A stretch of 64,000 bases of DNA, from positions 18,061-82,060 of IMG/VR virus record IMGVR_UViG_3300028048_000115; one strand, 5' to 3'. A program made the position numbers and the translations under genes. The notes under the pieces were generated by a model. That model was not told the DNA's origin. It worked only from the letters and a program-made list of their open reading frames with translations, and did not search any database. Source of the stretch: a virus. Its lineage: Duplodnaviria; Heunggongvirae; Uroviricota; Caudoviricetes. Shown piece by piece: positions 18,115 to 27,531 of the stretch (position 1 is its first letter; each line of letters begins with the position of its first letter).

Positions 18115-18567
18115 ATGAACTATATTGGATTAAATAAATACGACACCGCAAATGGCCCAGGAATAAGAGTTTCCCTGTTTGTGAGTGGTTGCACATTACA
18201 TTGTAAAGGTTGTTTTAACCAGGAGTCCTGGGATTTTAATGGTGGTAAAGAATTTACATCAGAAACTTTAAACGACATCATTAAAACCCTTAAGGAGCCT
18301 CATATTTCAGGTTTTTCTATTCTTGGTGGTGACCCTTTAGAGCCCGAACACTTTAATGATGTTTACAACATTGTAAAGACTGTTAAGAAAGAGGTTCCAG
18401 ATAAAACAATTTGGTTATGGACTGGAAGACTTTACGAAAAGGTTAAAGAGAATAGGATCCTTGATTACGTTGACGTTTTAATCGATGGACCCTTTAAAAT
18501 TGATTTGAAAGGAAACCTAAAATACAGAGGAAGTTCAAATCAAAGAATTATATTTTTAAAGAGTTGA
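18115..18567 (+). CDS. nrdG: anaerobic ribonucleoside-triphosphate reductase activating protein (radical SAM)
   Basis: NGPGIRVSLFVSGCTLHCKGCFN motif; GGDPL. Confidence 0.8.
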   Translation: MNYIGLNKYDTANGPGIRVSLFVSGCTLHCKGCFNQESWDFNGGKEFTSETLNDIIKTLKEPHISGFSILGGDPLEPEHFNDVYNIVKTVKKEVPDKTIWLWTGRLYEKVKENRILDYVDVLIDGPFKIDLKGNLKYRGSSNQRIIFLKS

Positions 18568-18828
18568 AATTTTTTTAAATTGATCTATAATAGAAATAGA
18601 GAGATTTTTTAATGAGAGGAAACATTCTTTGCTACTTAAAGTGCTGTTCCTAAATCAGCACTTCAGAGGAGAGTGAATACCCATAATTGGAGTTATTATA
18701 CAGTTTGATGTTTTAAGGATAATCATATTTTTGAATGGCAATGTGGTGCTAATGTGAAATAACATTTTTAGATAGCATACCTAATCTATATAAAGTTACA
18801 GTTTTGAAAGTGAATTTGAAATTAAGGA

Positions 18829-19791
18829 ATGATTATAGGAGCAAAAATGAGAAAAATTACAAAAACCCATACCGGAATTATAGTTTCAGATACCGATTTA
18901 GGTATTGAATACTTGTATGTTGGAGACTATGGAAAAGAAAACAACATCAAGGCAGATTTTCTTGGCTATACAAAAAGAATTGAAAAGGTTGAAAATACGC
19001 CTATAGATATTACCGAAAAACTTGTAGTAACTGTAAGCACACAAAAAGGTTGTTGTGAAAAATGTAAATTCTGTGATTGCCATAAATTAAGTTTTAAGGG
19101 CAATTTATCACTTTCAGAACTCGTACACGAAGTTACTTGTGGAGTTGCTTTATCTAAAATTAACAAAGGACAACGCTTAAATGTTCATTTTGCAAGAATG
19201 GGTGAACCAACATACAATTTTGATGTTATAGAATGTGCTAAAATTTGTGGTGAGATTTATAAAAATCAATTTAAAGAATACCACCCCGTTGTTTCTACAA
19301 TGTTACCTAGAGGAAATAAAAGATTAAAAGAATTTCTATTAAGGTGGTGTGAACTTCAGGATAATAATTGGAACGGTGGAATTGGCTTACAATTTTCTAT
19401 CAATACTTTAAATGAGAATGATAGGAATGAGATGTTTAGAAATAGGTCTTTATCTTTGCAAGAAATTTCTGACTTGATAAAGGAATTACCAAAACCAAAA
19501 GAAAGAAAATACACTTTAAATTTTGCCGTAACGTCAAAGTGCGATTTAAGTGTTAAGACAATGAATAGATACTTTGATAAAGAAAAGTGTATTGTAAAGA
19601 TAACACCAATACACGAAACTAAAGAAGCAGTTGAAAATAATTTTGAAATTGTTAAAGATTTTGATGTGTATGAGCAATTTGAAAAACCTTTAGTTTTAGA
19701 CGGTTGGAATGTTATTGTTTTTGTACCTTCTCAAGAAGAAGATAGCGATAGAATTACTTGTGGAAATTCTTTAATCGCTTTTGAAAATTAA
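18829..19791 (+). CDS. radical SAM protein, RlmN/Cfr-like
   Basis: VSTQKGCCEKCKFC (CxxxCxxC) and a downstream MGEP motif resemble RlmN/Cfr. Confidence 0.45.
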   Translation: MIIGAKMRKITKTHTGIIVSDTDLGIEYLYVGDYGKENNIKADFLGYTKRIEKVENTPIDITEKLVVTVSTQKGCCEKCKFCDCHKLSFKGNLSLSELVHEVTCGVALSKINKGQRLNVHFARMGEPTYNFDVIECAKICGEIYKNQFKEYHPVVSTMLPRGNKRLKEFLLRWCELQDNNWNGGIGLQFSINTLNENDRNEMFRNRSLSLQEISDLIKELPKPKERKYTLNFAVTSKCDLSVKTMNRYFDKEKCIVKITPIHETKEAVENNFEIVKDFDVYEQFEKPLVLDGWNVIVFVPSQEEDSDRITCGNSLIAFEN

Positions 19792-19871
19792 TGGGAATAA
19801 AATGTATTTCTATCATAGAATACATATTGACAAAGTTGAAGTCAGTTGTAAATATTTTTCAAGGAGAATAA

Positions 19872-20420
19872 ATGACTGACGATTTATTAGATTATATTCA
19901 CCAATTCGGAATGACTTCCTTGCTAGAAAAAGCAAGAAATTTTAAAAGTTATCCTTTAGCAATTCCAAGTTATAAACTTAAAACAAAAGCAAAGCTGGTA
20001 AGAGAAATTGATACACTAATAGACCACGATATTCCTGTCTTTATTTTTTGCTACAAAGATGATTTTACCGAATCAGGTTATGATAAAATACCTCACGGAG
20101 ACAATGTTACATTTGTTTTAATCGAGGAAAAAGATTTTACCTACAGAGGTCTTTATTACAAGTCAATTCAAGGTAAACGCTCGTTTATTCAAGACTGGAT
20201 GCTTGAGCACAACCATAAAATTTATTTTATTTGTGATGATGACTGCAACGGAAAAGGAAGATTTTTAATTTCCGAAAACCCAAGAAAAATAATCACGACT
20301 GACCTTAGTGTAATGCTTAAACTTGCTTCAGAGATTTCAAATTATCTTCCAAAAGATTGGCCATTATTATCGCTTGGTTGCAATATTGATCATTGCCTGA
20401 TGATGAATGGTAATTTTTAA
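19872..20420 (+). CDS. hypothetical protein
   Basis: ORF track. Confidence 0.35.
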   Translation: MTDDLLDYIHQFGMTSLLEKARNFKSYPLAIPSYKLKTKAKLVREIDTLIDHDIPVFIFCYKDDFTESGYDKIPHGDNVTFVLIEEKDFTYRGLYYKSIQGKRSFIQDWMLEHNHKIYFICDDDCNGKGRFLISENPRKIITTDLSVMLKLASEISNYLPKDWPLLSLGCNIDHCLMMNGNF

Positions 20421-20525
20421 AAATGGAAGATTTTTTCTCCAATTAGTATTGTAATTTTTTTAAATTGATCTATAATAGATATGTAAAAGAGATTTTTTGA
20501 GACTGTATATGAGAGGGAATGAAAA

Positions 20526-20879
20526 ATGAATATTGGTGTTAAGACAGAGAGAGTTTTTAACGAGCTTTACAATGACAATGCTTTTACTTTTGAGGGTTTA
20601 TCACTTACTGATGACCTCCTCGAAATGTTAAACAATGTGTTTGAAGAGAACGATTTACTTGCCAAGCCAATCGAAAATCTTTATGTGCTCAAGGGTGAGT
20701 ACATCAACAATCTTTTAAATCTTACTGGTGATAATCGTTATCCTGATGATTTAACAATTATTTCTATCAAGCTAGATAATTTCAAGAATTTTGGAAAACT
20801 TGCAATTTTTAAGCTGAAGATTGGTGCTCGTTGGTTTAACGACATCGTTGATAACAATTTAAGAAGAGAAGGACGCTAA
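20526..20879 (+). CDS. hypothetical protein
   Basis: ORF track. Confidence 0.35.
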   Translation: MNIGVKTERVFNELYNDNAFTFEGLSLTDDLLEMLNNVFEENDLLAKPIENLYVLKGEYINNLLNLTGDNRYPDDLTIISIKLDNFKNFGKLAIFKLKIGARWFNDIVDNNLRREGR

Positions 20880-22306
20880 TGGAAATTTTAAACGAAAAAG
20901 GTGCTATCGGCTTTAACACCACTTATGACCCAATTTTAGATCTATTCGCAAGCGTTGGGGGACTTGCACCTCAATCAGAGGTATCAGAGAAATTAAAGGA
21001 TACCTTACGTCTTGCAGTAACTTTCAATCCAGTTGAGAGCGCTATTGTTCTGTTCAATTTACGTGACAGATTGGAGGGAATGGGTTATCGCAATATTTTT
21101 AGAACCTTATTTAAGAGCACCCTGGGTTACTGTAATGATTATAAAAAGTTAATTCCTTTAATCCCAGAGTACGGAAGATGGGACGACCTATCAGCACTAA
21201 TAGGTGTAAACAAGGAAATCGATGAACTAATCATTGATATTGTTAAAAAGCAGTTAGCAGAGGATTTAATTTCTGAGGCTCCAAGTCTTTTAGCTAAGTG
21301 GATGCCAAGTATCAATACTTCAAGTTCAGAAGCAAAGAAGTTAGGAAAATTCTTTGCAAAGAACTTAGGCCTGTCTGAAAAGAATTATAGACAGACCTTA
21401 ACCCGCTTACGCTCAAAAATTAAAATTATTGAGAATAATTTAAGAACAAGGGACTATTCCTTTGATTATTCTCACGTGCCTTCACTTGCAATGAGCAAAT
21501 ATAAAAACGCTTTTGAGAGAAACGACTCTGAAAGATATTCTGATTATCTCAATGACGTTAAGACAGGTAAGGCAAAAATTAACACCTCAACTCTTAACAT
21601 TGTGGATATGGCTAAGTCTGTAAGAAAAGGTGGAAGAGACCTCGTTAATATTCAGTACGATAACTTACCTGATTTCGGAGAATGTAATGCCTTAGTATGT
21701 ATGGATGGTTCAGGAAGTATGTATCATAGCCGCAACGGCGTTGAATGTATTGACGTAGCAAAGGCATTAACCGTTTATTGTTCAGACAGAAACAAAACTT
21801 ATAAAAACCAGTTCATCACTTTTGGTTCCTATGTTAATTTTGTTACCTTAAAAGGCAAAACTTTTTCAGAAAAGATTGAGGAATTAGACCAGTACGATGA
21901 CTGTGGAACCACTAATTTTGAAAAGGTATTCTTAGAGATTTTATCCCACGCAAAGATGTATCACTTAACTCCAGAGCAGATGATTGATACCTTAATCGTG
22001 GTTTCCGATATGCAGTTTGACGATCCATGTTGCTTCAAAAATAAGAACAAGTCCGTTTACAGAAAACTCCAGGATATGTTCAAAGAGGAAGGTTTTGAAA
22101 TGCCTAAGTTAGTGTTCTGGAATGTTTCAACTGCTAGGGCACTCCCAATCACAGTTGATGATTACAATGCAACCATTTTAAGTGGTTGGTCACAGAATAT
22201 GGTAAGATACCTCCTAAGTGGTGAAGACATCACTCCAAGAATGGTGTTAGAGGAAGTGACAAAATCACCTAGATACACAAAAATTGCGGAAGTTTTAAAT
22301 GCGTAA
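20879..22306 (+). CDS. vWA-domain protein (MIDAS DGSGSM), possibly TROVE/Ro-like
   Basis: VCMDGSGSM MIDAS motif in the C-terminal half. Confidence 0.45.
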   Translation: MEILNEKGAIGFNTTYDPILDLFASVGGLAPQSEVSEKLKDTLRLAVTFNPVESAIVLFNLRDRLEGMGYRNIFRTLFKSTLGYCNDYKKLIPLIPEYGRWDDLSALIGVNKEIDELIIDIVKKQLAEDLISEAPSLLAKWMPSINTSSSEAKKLGKFFAKNLGLSEKNYRQTLTRLRSKIKIIENNLRTRDYSFDYSHVPSLAMSKYKNAFERNDSERYSDYLNDVKTGKAKINTSTLNIVDMAKSVRKGGRDLVNIQYDNLPDFGECNALVCMDGSGSMYHSRNGVECIDVAKALTVYCSDRNKTYKNQFITFGSYVNFVTLKGKTFSEKIEELDQYDDCGTTNFEKVFLEILSHAKMYHLTPEQMIDTLIVVSDMQFDDPCCFKNKNKSVYRKLQDMFKEEGFEMPKLVFWNVSTARALPITVDDYNATILSGWSQNMVRYLLSGEDITPRMVLEEVTKSPRYTKIAEVLNA

Positions 22307-22444
22307 TATGAAAATGTTATTGGTCTTCAGGCCAATAGCATTTAAACATTTTGAAATGTGATCTAAATCACAATAAAAAATAGTTGTTTTCTTATTATAA
22401 AGATATTATAATTATTATGTAAGTTGATTTTGAGAGGAAATAAA

Positions 22445-22951
22445 ATGTGCGAATTATTTGACAAAAAAGATGTTAAAAGTTGGACTACTTGTTCTGAAGT
22501 AAGAATAAGCGAAGAGGGATATTTTGGTTATAACTTACTAGATTTAGAGTACCGCATTAAAAATGAAAACCCTAAAAAATTGTCTGGAATAAATGAAATT
22601 TCAGCTCATACATTTAAAGCTGAGGGTGCATGGTATCCATTCTTTTTACCATTAGACAGAGTTAAGAAACAAGACTCAAAATATAGACCGTTAAAAACTT
22701 TTGATGAGCTTTTTAATTTCTTAATGCCGGATAGCGATGAGGATGATACCGACAGAAAAGCAGAATTGCTTTTAGGAAAAGTATATCAATTAAGGCATAA
22801 ATCAACAGGTAATGTGAGTTATAGATCTTTTTACTCTATTAACCTAACCGAGAATGGTATTTTAATAAACGGTTTGGATTTAGAATATATTTTTGAAATA
22901 TTTGAAATTAAAAAAGATGGTAAATGGGTTCCATTTGGAATTGCGAATTAA
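22445..22951 (+). CDS. paralog family member 1 (C-terminal W[VI]PFG motif family)
   Basis: shared motifs GYFG, YRP.KT..ELF.F, C-terminal WVPFGI. Confidence 0.5.
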   Translation: MCELFDKKDVKSWTTCSEVRISEEGYFGYNLLDLEYRIKNENPKKLSGINEISAHTFKAEGAWYPFFLPLDRVKKQDSKYRPLKTFDELFNFLMPDSDEDDTDRKAELLLGKVYQLRHKSTGNVSYRSFYSINLTENGILINGLDLEYIFEIFEIKKDGKWVPFGIAN

Positions 22952-22968
22952 AAAGTTAGGATAACAAA

Positions 22969-23517
22969 ATGAAAATTTGTGATGTAAAAACTTGGGCCAA
23001 CAAAGATGATGTTAAGGTAGGCGATGAAGGATATTTTTCCAACGACATTTGTTTTTTAGAAAAAATTATAGAAAGAGATTTTAAACGCAAAATTAAGCAT
23101 ATAGATCCATTTAGAGGTAACTGTTTTGTTGCCGAAATAGATGAAAACGAACCTAGTCGCTGTTCTGCATATTCAGGTTATTCTTTCTTTATGCCTGCGG
23201 ATAAAGTTAGAAAGTCAATGTACAGACCGATAAAAACTTTTGAGGAGCTTTTTAATTTTTTTGTACCAAATTTTGATGAGGAATACTTTGGTTTAGGTGA
23301 CGGTGAATATGATACATATAAAAAGACAGAGCTCCTACTAGGACTTACAATTGCACTCAAACGAAAAGCAGGCAATTTTATTGAGGTGTCATTTATTCAG
23401 AATATTTTATTTCTTGACAAAGATTTATGGCTAAATGGCAGACTTTTAAAAGACCTTTTTATGGACTATGAAATTCAGATGAACGGTAAATGGGTTCCAT
23501 TTGGAATTAAGGATTAA
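22969..23517 (+). CDS. paralog family member 2
   Basis: same motifs. Confidence 0.5.
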   Translation: MKICDVKTWANKDDVKVGDEGYFSNDICFLEKIIERDFKRKIKHIDPFRGNCFVAEIDENEPSRCSAYSGYSFFMPADKVRKSMYRPIKTFEELFNFFVPNFDEEYFGLGDGEYDTYKKTELLLGLTIALKRKAGNFIEVSFIQNILFLDKDLWLNGRLLKDLFMDYEIQMNGKWVPFGIKD

Positions 23518-23519
23518 AG

Positions 23520-24056
23520 ATGAAAATTAACAATGGTGATATTTTTAGTTGGTCCAATTGTAATGATGTAAAAATTGGACAGATGGGATATTTTGCATTT
23601 GACATTGAAGAATTAGACAGTAAAGTTGGAAATACGGAACCAATGGAACTTGTTGATATTGATAGTAAATCAGGGACTCCATTCCAAGCTTTCGAAGATG
23701 AAAAATTAGAATATTATCCATTCTTTTTACCTTTTGAAAAGGTAGAAAATTACAGACCTTTTAAGAATTTATTAGAATTTTACAAGGTTGCTTTAAATCC
23801 TAATTATGAAGAGCCACTTATTGATGATGAAGAGGGTTTAAAAGCAATTATAGAATACCTTATCGTTGGACAAGTAATTAGAATTAAGCGAATTGGTAGT
23901 GATGAATACATTCCAAGATCTCATCTGATTACGTGTGCTAGCTATAAGGATAACAGTATTTACCTTGACGATTATTGCACTCTTAAATATCTACTTGACC
24001 ACTACAAATTATACAAAAATGGTGAGTGGGTTCCATTTGGTGTAGAAAAGGAATAA
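23520..24056 (+). CDS. paralog family member 3
   Basis: same motifs. Confidence 0.5.
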   Translation: MKINNGDIFSWSNCNDVKIGQMGYFAFDIEELDSKVGNTEPMELVDIDSKSGTPFQAFEDEKLEYYPFFLPFEKVENYRPFKNLLEFYKVALNPNYEEPLIDDEEGLKAIIEYLIVGQVIRIKRIGSDEYIPRSHLITCASYKDNSIYLDDYCTLKYLLDHYKLYKNGEWVPFGVEKE

Positions 24057-24057
24057 A

Positions 24058-24576
24058 ATGGATAAGATTTTTAATAAAGAAGATGTGTTCACTAACATAA
24101 CTGCTGAAAACGCTAAAGTAGGCACAGTAGGATTTTTTGGTTATGGTCTGCAAGATTTAATTACTGCTGTGAAAGAGAATGATTTTCACGTATTATCAGA
24201 TGTTGACCAAACAGCACATTGTTTTAAGGCAAGTGACAACTGTTGGTATATCTTATTTTTACCATTATCCAAAGTCCTTAAACAACGTAAATACAGACCT
24301 TTTAAAAGTATTAGTGAACTGTTTGGTTTTCTAATGCCAGAGAATGAAGAAACTGATAACTTAAAAATGGTTGAAAAATTACTAGGCAAAAAAATTATTC
24401 TGAAGAACCCCGAAAATGGTCAATTCAAGGCTATGTTTATTCAAAATATTGAGTTCAATAACGATAGCAGTGATATAAACTTAAATTGCTTGTCTTTGGA
24501 ATATTTATTTAATATATACAAAGTTCTAATAAATGATTACTGGATTCCTTTTGGAGTAGAAATAAAAGATGAGTAA
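24058..24576 (+). CDS. paralog family member 4
   Basis: same motifs. Confidence 0.5.
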   Translation: MDKIFNKEDVFTNITAENAKVGTVGFFGYGLQDLITAVKENDFHVLSDVDQTAHCFKASDNCWYILFLPLSKVLKQRKYRPFKSISELFGFLMPENEETDNLKMVEKLLGKKIILKNPENGQFKAMFIQNIEFNNDSSDINLNCLSLEYLFNIYKVLINDYWIPFGVEIKDE

Positions 24577-24769
24577 AAGTTTATGCCAGCAACTAAAAGA
24601 ACAAGGCTTAAAATTCAATGATGGTATGATTTCAGAACGGTTTGAAGAAATGTTATATACCATTGAAGACTTACATCTATATGGATATATCACGGACGCT
24701 GAACACAAGAGGATTAGACAGAGATTTTTTAAGGATTTAGAAAATTTTACTTCCAAAATTGAGGAATAA
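24569..24769 (+). CDS. small hypothetical protein
   Basis: ORF track. Confidence 0.3.
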   Translation: MSKSLCQQLKEQGLKFNDGMISERFEEMLYTIEDLHLYGYITDAEHKRIRQRFFKDLENFTSKIEE

Positions 24770-25001
24770 AATGCAGTATCCAAACCCAAATCATTATGAT
24801 TGTCCTAATGATTACTATAATGCGGTAGACATATACTTTGAACAGTTAAGCATAGTTATGAAATTGAAGAACCAAAGTATGCCTATGACAAAAATAAAAA
24901 TGATTATTCAGAACGCTTCAAATACGGTAAATACAATAAATTTTTATCCTAGCAAAAAGAAGGCTTATATGTCCTTATTAAGGATAAATAAGAAAAGTTA
25001 A
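24759..25001 (+). CDS. small hypothetical protein
   Basis: ORF track. Confidence 0.3.
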   Translation: MRNKMQYPNPNHYDCPNDYYNAVDIYFEQLSIVMKLKNQSMPMTKIKMIIQNASNTVNTINFYPSKKKAYMSLLRINKKS

Positions 25002-25038
25002 GGAATTAACCTAAATACAAATCAAAAAGGAAATAAAA

Positions 25039-25548
25039 ATGGATTTATTTGATAAAGCAGATGTTCTTACTTGCATAACAGCAGATAAAGCTGTGGTAGG
25101 AACAAAGGGATATTTTGGAGATTGCTTACAGGGGTTAATTACCGCTGTGGAACATAATAATGTTCAAGCATTATCAGCTGTTTATAAAACTGAGGTTTAT
25201 TGTTTTAAGAATGAACACGGACAGAATTATAATTGCTTTTTACCAGCGAATAAAGTTAGAAAGACGACATACAGACCAATCAAGAATATTAAAGAACTCT
25301 TTGCTTTTATGATGGCTGATGGCAATGAATATTCAGAGGAAAAAATGGTAGATATCTTAATGGGTCAGCGTTATGTACTCAAAAGCAAACTCAATAATGT
25401 CATAAAATATCATACTGTAAATTCCTTATATATAGAGTCCGACGGAATGGTAACTCTTGATTACTTAGATTTAGATGATTTATTTGATTATTACGAGTTT
25501 AAGAAGGGTGATAAATTTGTGCCATTTGCTATTGAAGAAAGGAAATAG
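25039..25548 (+). CDS. paralog family member 5
   Basis: same motifs (C-terminal FVPFAI). Confidence 0.5.
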   Translation: MDLFDKADVLTCITADKAVVGTKGYFGDCLQGLITAVEHNNVQALSAVYKTEVYCFKNEHGQNYNCFLPANKVRKTTYRPIKNIKELFAFMMADGNEYSEEKMVDILMGQRYVLKSKLNNVIKYHTVNSLYIESDGMVTLDYLDLDDLFDYYEFKKGDKFVPFAIEERK

Positions 25549-25630
25549 TATTTTTGTGATCTAGGTCACACAATTATTTTTTATTCTGTTTTATAATATA
25601 TTTGTAAGAAAGATGAGGGAGAATAGAAAA

Positions 25631-26173
25631 ATGAAACTATTTAATAAAGAAGATGTTTTAACAGGCATAACTGCTGATAAAGCTGTTGTGGGAATGAAGG
25701 GTTTTGTCGGAGATAGTTTATCTGCGTTAAATGACAAGATAAGGCGAAATGATGTGAGCACCCTAACAGACATTGTTGGGAACTGTGCTTATTGCTTTGA
25801 AGTTGATCATAAAGAACAGCTTTATGCTTTCTTTTTGCCTGGCGAAAGAGTTATGAAACCAACATACCGACCAATAGCAACGGTTGATGAACTCTTTGAT
25901 TTTATACTTCCTGAATTTGAATTAGTAGGCGATGAATACGGAAAGCAGGTTGACTCATATAGAAAGGCTGAAATTCTGTTAGGCAAAAAATTAGTGTTAA
26001 AGGATTTAATCAATAACCGAACAAAAGTTACACTCATTCAAGACGTTGATTTTAGCAATGATGATGCTGATAGCAGTAATATATATTTAAATAACTTGTC
26101 ACTAGAATATTTATTTAACAACTTCAAAATTCAAATTAACGGTGAATTTGTACCATTTGGAATTGATGAATAA
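25631..26173 (+). CDS. paralog family member 6
   Basis: same motifs; own promoter module upstream. Confidence 0.5.
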   Translation: MKLFNKEDVLTGITADKAVVGMKGFVGDSLSALNDKIRRNDVSTLTDIVGNCAYCFEVDHKEQLYAFFLPGERVMKPTYRPIATVDELFDFILPEFELVGDEYGKQVDSYRKAEILLGKKLVLKDLINNRTKVTLIQDVDFSNDDADSSNIYLNNLSLEYLFNNFKIQINGEFVPFGIDE

Positions 26174-26398
26174 ATGAACTGGTTTATTTGGTTATTGGGC
26201 ATTTGTGTCCTATATGTATGTATGATTTTAAACACTCTTACCGAAATTAAACTGAATGAGCGTTTAAATGGATTTGAACAGCGTTTAAATAAAGCTGAAC
26301 AGCGTTTAAACGAAGTTGAAAAAAGTATAGATAATCAGCAGAAAATTTTGGAAATGCTGGAAACTTTTGAAACTGGAGGCATAATTGAAGACTTTTGA
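26174..26398 (+). CDS. small TM plus coiled-coil protein
   Basis: ORF track; N-terminal hydrophobic segment, repeated ERLN.. heptads. Confidence 0.3.
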   Translation: MNWFIWLLGICVLYVCMILNTLTEIKLNERLNGFEQRLNKAEQRLNEVEKSIDNQQKILEMLETFETGGIIEDF

Positions 26399-26966
26399 TT
26401 TAGGTGACATTGTTTATTTTAAGGATAAGCGATTTGTTAAAAATGGTGACTTAGGATATTTTACCGACAATGAATATATGATGTTCTATGAGGTTAATTA
26501 TACCGAAAGACTCATCAATAAGATTGTTGGGTTTAATGAGGAAACGCAGAAATTTAAAACTGAAAGCGGTGAATACAGTCTGTTTTTACCACTTGAAAAA
26601 GTAAGAGTGCATAGTCCTACTTTAAGACCTTGTGAAACCGTACAGGAAGTTTTAAATGTTCTGAATGGTAATTATATTGATAAAACTCTAGACCTGTCAA
26701 TGACCAAAGAAGAAGCAATTTCAAGACTCAATGGAAGGATAATTCATTGGATTATTGACAGCATTGAAGAGGACGTAAGCATTGTTGAAGTTCATACAAA
26801 TGTTGGCGATTTCATTACAGGAGAAAAGAAAAATTACGGAGTTTCAGACCAGGGTTATATTTACCTAACATTTGAAAATTATGCAGATTATACAGAACAA
26901 CTGATAAATGCAAGAATTAAAGTTAATGGGTCTTGGATTCCATTTGGTATTCTTGAAACAAGGTGA
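26385..26966 (+). CDS. paralog family member 7 (most divergent)
   Basis: GYFTDN, LRP, C-terminal WIPFGI. Confidence 0.45.
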   Translation: MKTFDLGDIVYFKDKRFVKNGDLGYFTDNEYMMFYEVNYTERLINKIVGFNEETQKFKTESGEYSLFLPLEKVRVHSPTLRPCETVQEVLNVLNGNYIDKTLDLSMTKEEAISRLNGRIIHWIIDSIEEDVSIVEVHTNVGDFITGEKKNYGVSDQGYIYLTFENYADYTEQLINARIKVNGSWIPFGILETR

Positions 26967-27044
26967 GGTTAAGTATAAATATGTTATCAATATGGGCACC
27001 ACAATTGTGGTGCTCAAGTCAATTATAAATGGTGAAACATAACA

Positions 27045-27479
27045 ATGGCTATTAAATTTAAAAATTGCATAAACGAAAAGGCTTTTGCTGATTGTCCGAT
27101 AACATCTCAATTATTAACTGCACTTCAAAAAAGTTTTGAAAAATATCGCACCAAAGAAAAATACAAGAATGTATTAGGTATGGTAAATACGGATTTTGCC
27201 GGTAGTTTAAATGTGACCGATTTGTTCATTAGGGAAGATAATTACGAGAACACCGTAGGTTTCTATGCTGTCTGTGCCAAATATGAAGCTATGGCTGATT
27301 TCATTAAAGGAAGGATCCACAGTGGTGAATTAAATAGTTCAATTACATCAACTGAAGAAGCATATAATATATTAAAAAACCTGCACAAACATATATATTG
27401 GGATCACGACGGCGAAAAGACCGTAAAGAAGCAAATCCCTATTATATTTCAAGACATTGAGAATGAATTAAAATTATAA
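27045..27479 (+). CDS. hypothetical protein
   Basis: ORF track. Confidence 0.35.
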   Translation: MAIKFKNCINEKAFADCPITSQLLTALQKSFEKYRTKEKYKNVLGMVNTDFAGSLNVTDLFIREDNYENTVGFYAVCAKYEAMADFIKGRIHSGELNSSITSTEEAYNILKNLHKHIYWDHDGEKTVKKQIPIIFQDIENELKL

Positions 27480-27531
27480 GGTTAAATTTCGAAATAGGGT
27501 TTTTAAAAGCATAAATATCTGGGCACCACAT

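Noticed and set aside
18568-18828. Possible tRNA or riboswitch in the 260-nt gap before the radical SAM gene
   Set aside because: No cloverleaf or known riboswitch consensus could be recognised by eye. It is kept only as an unexplained leader.
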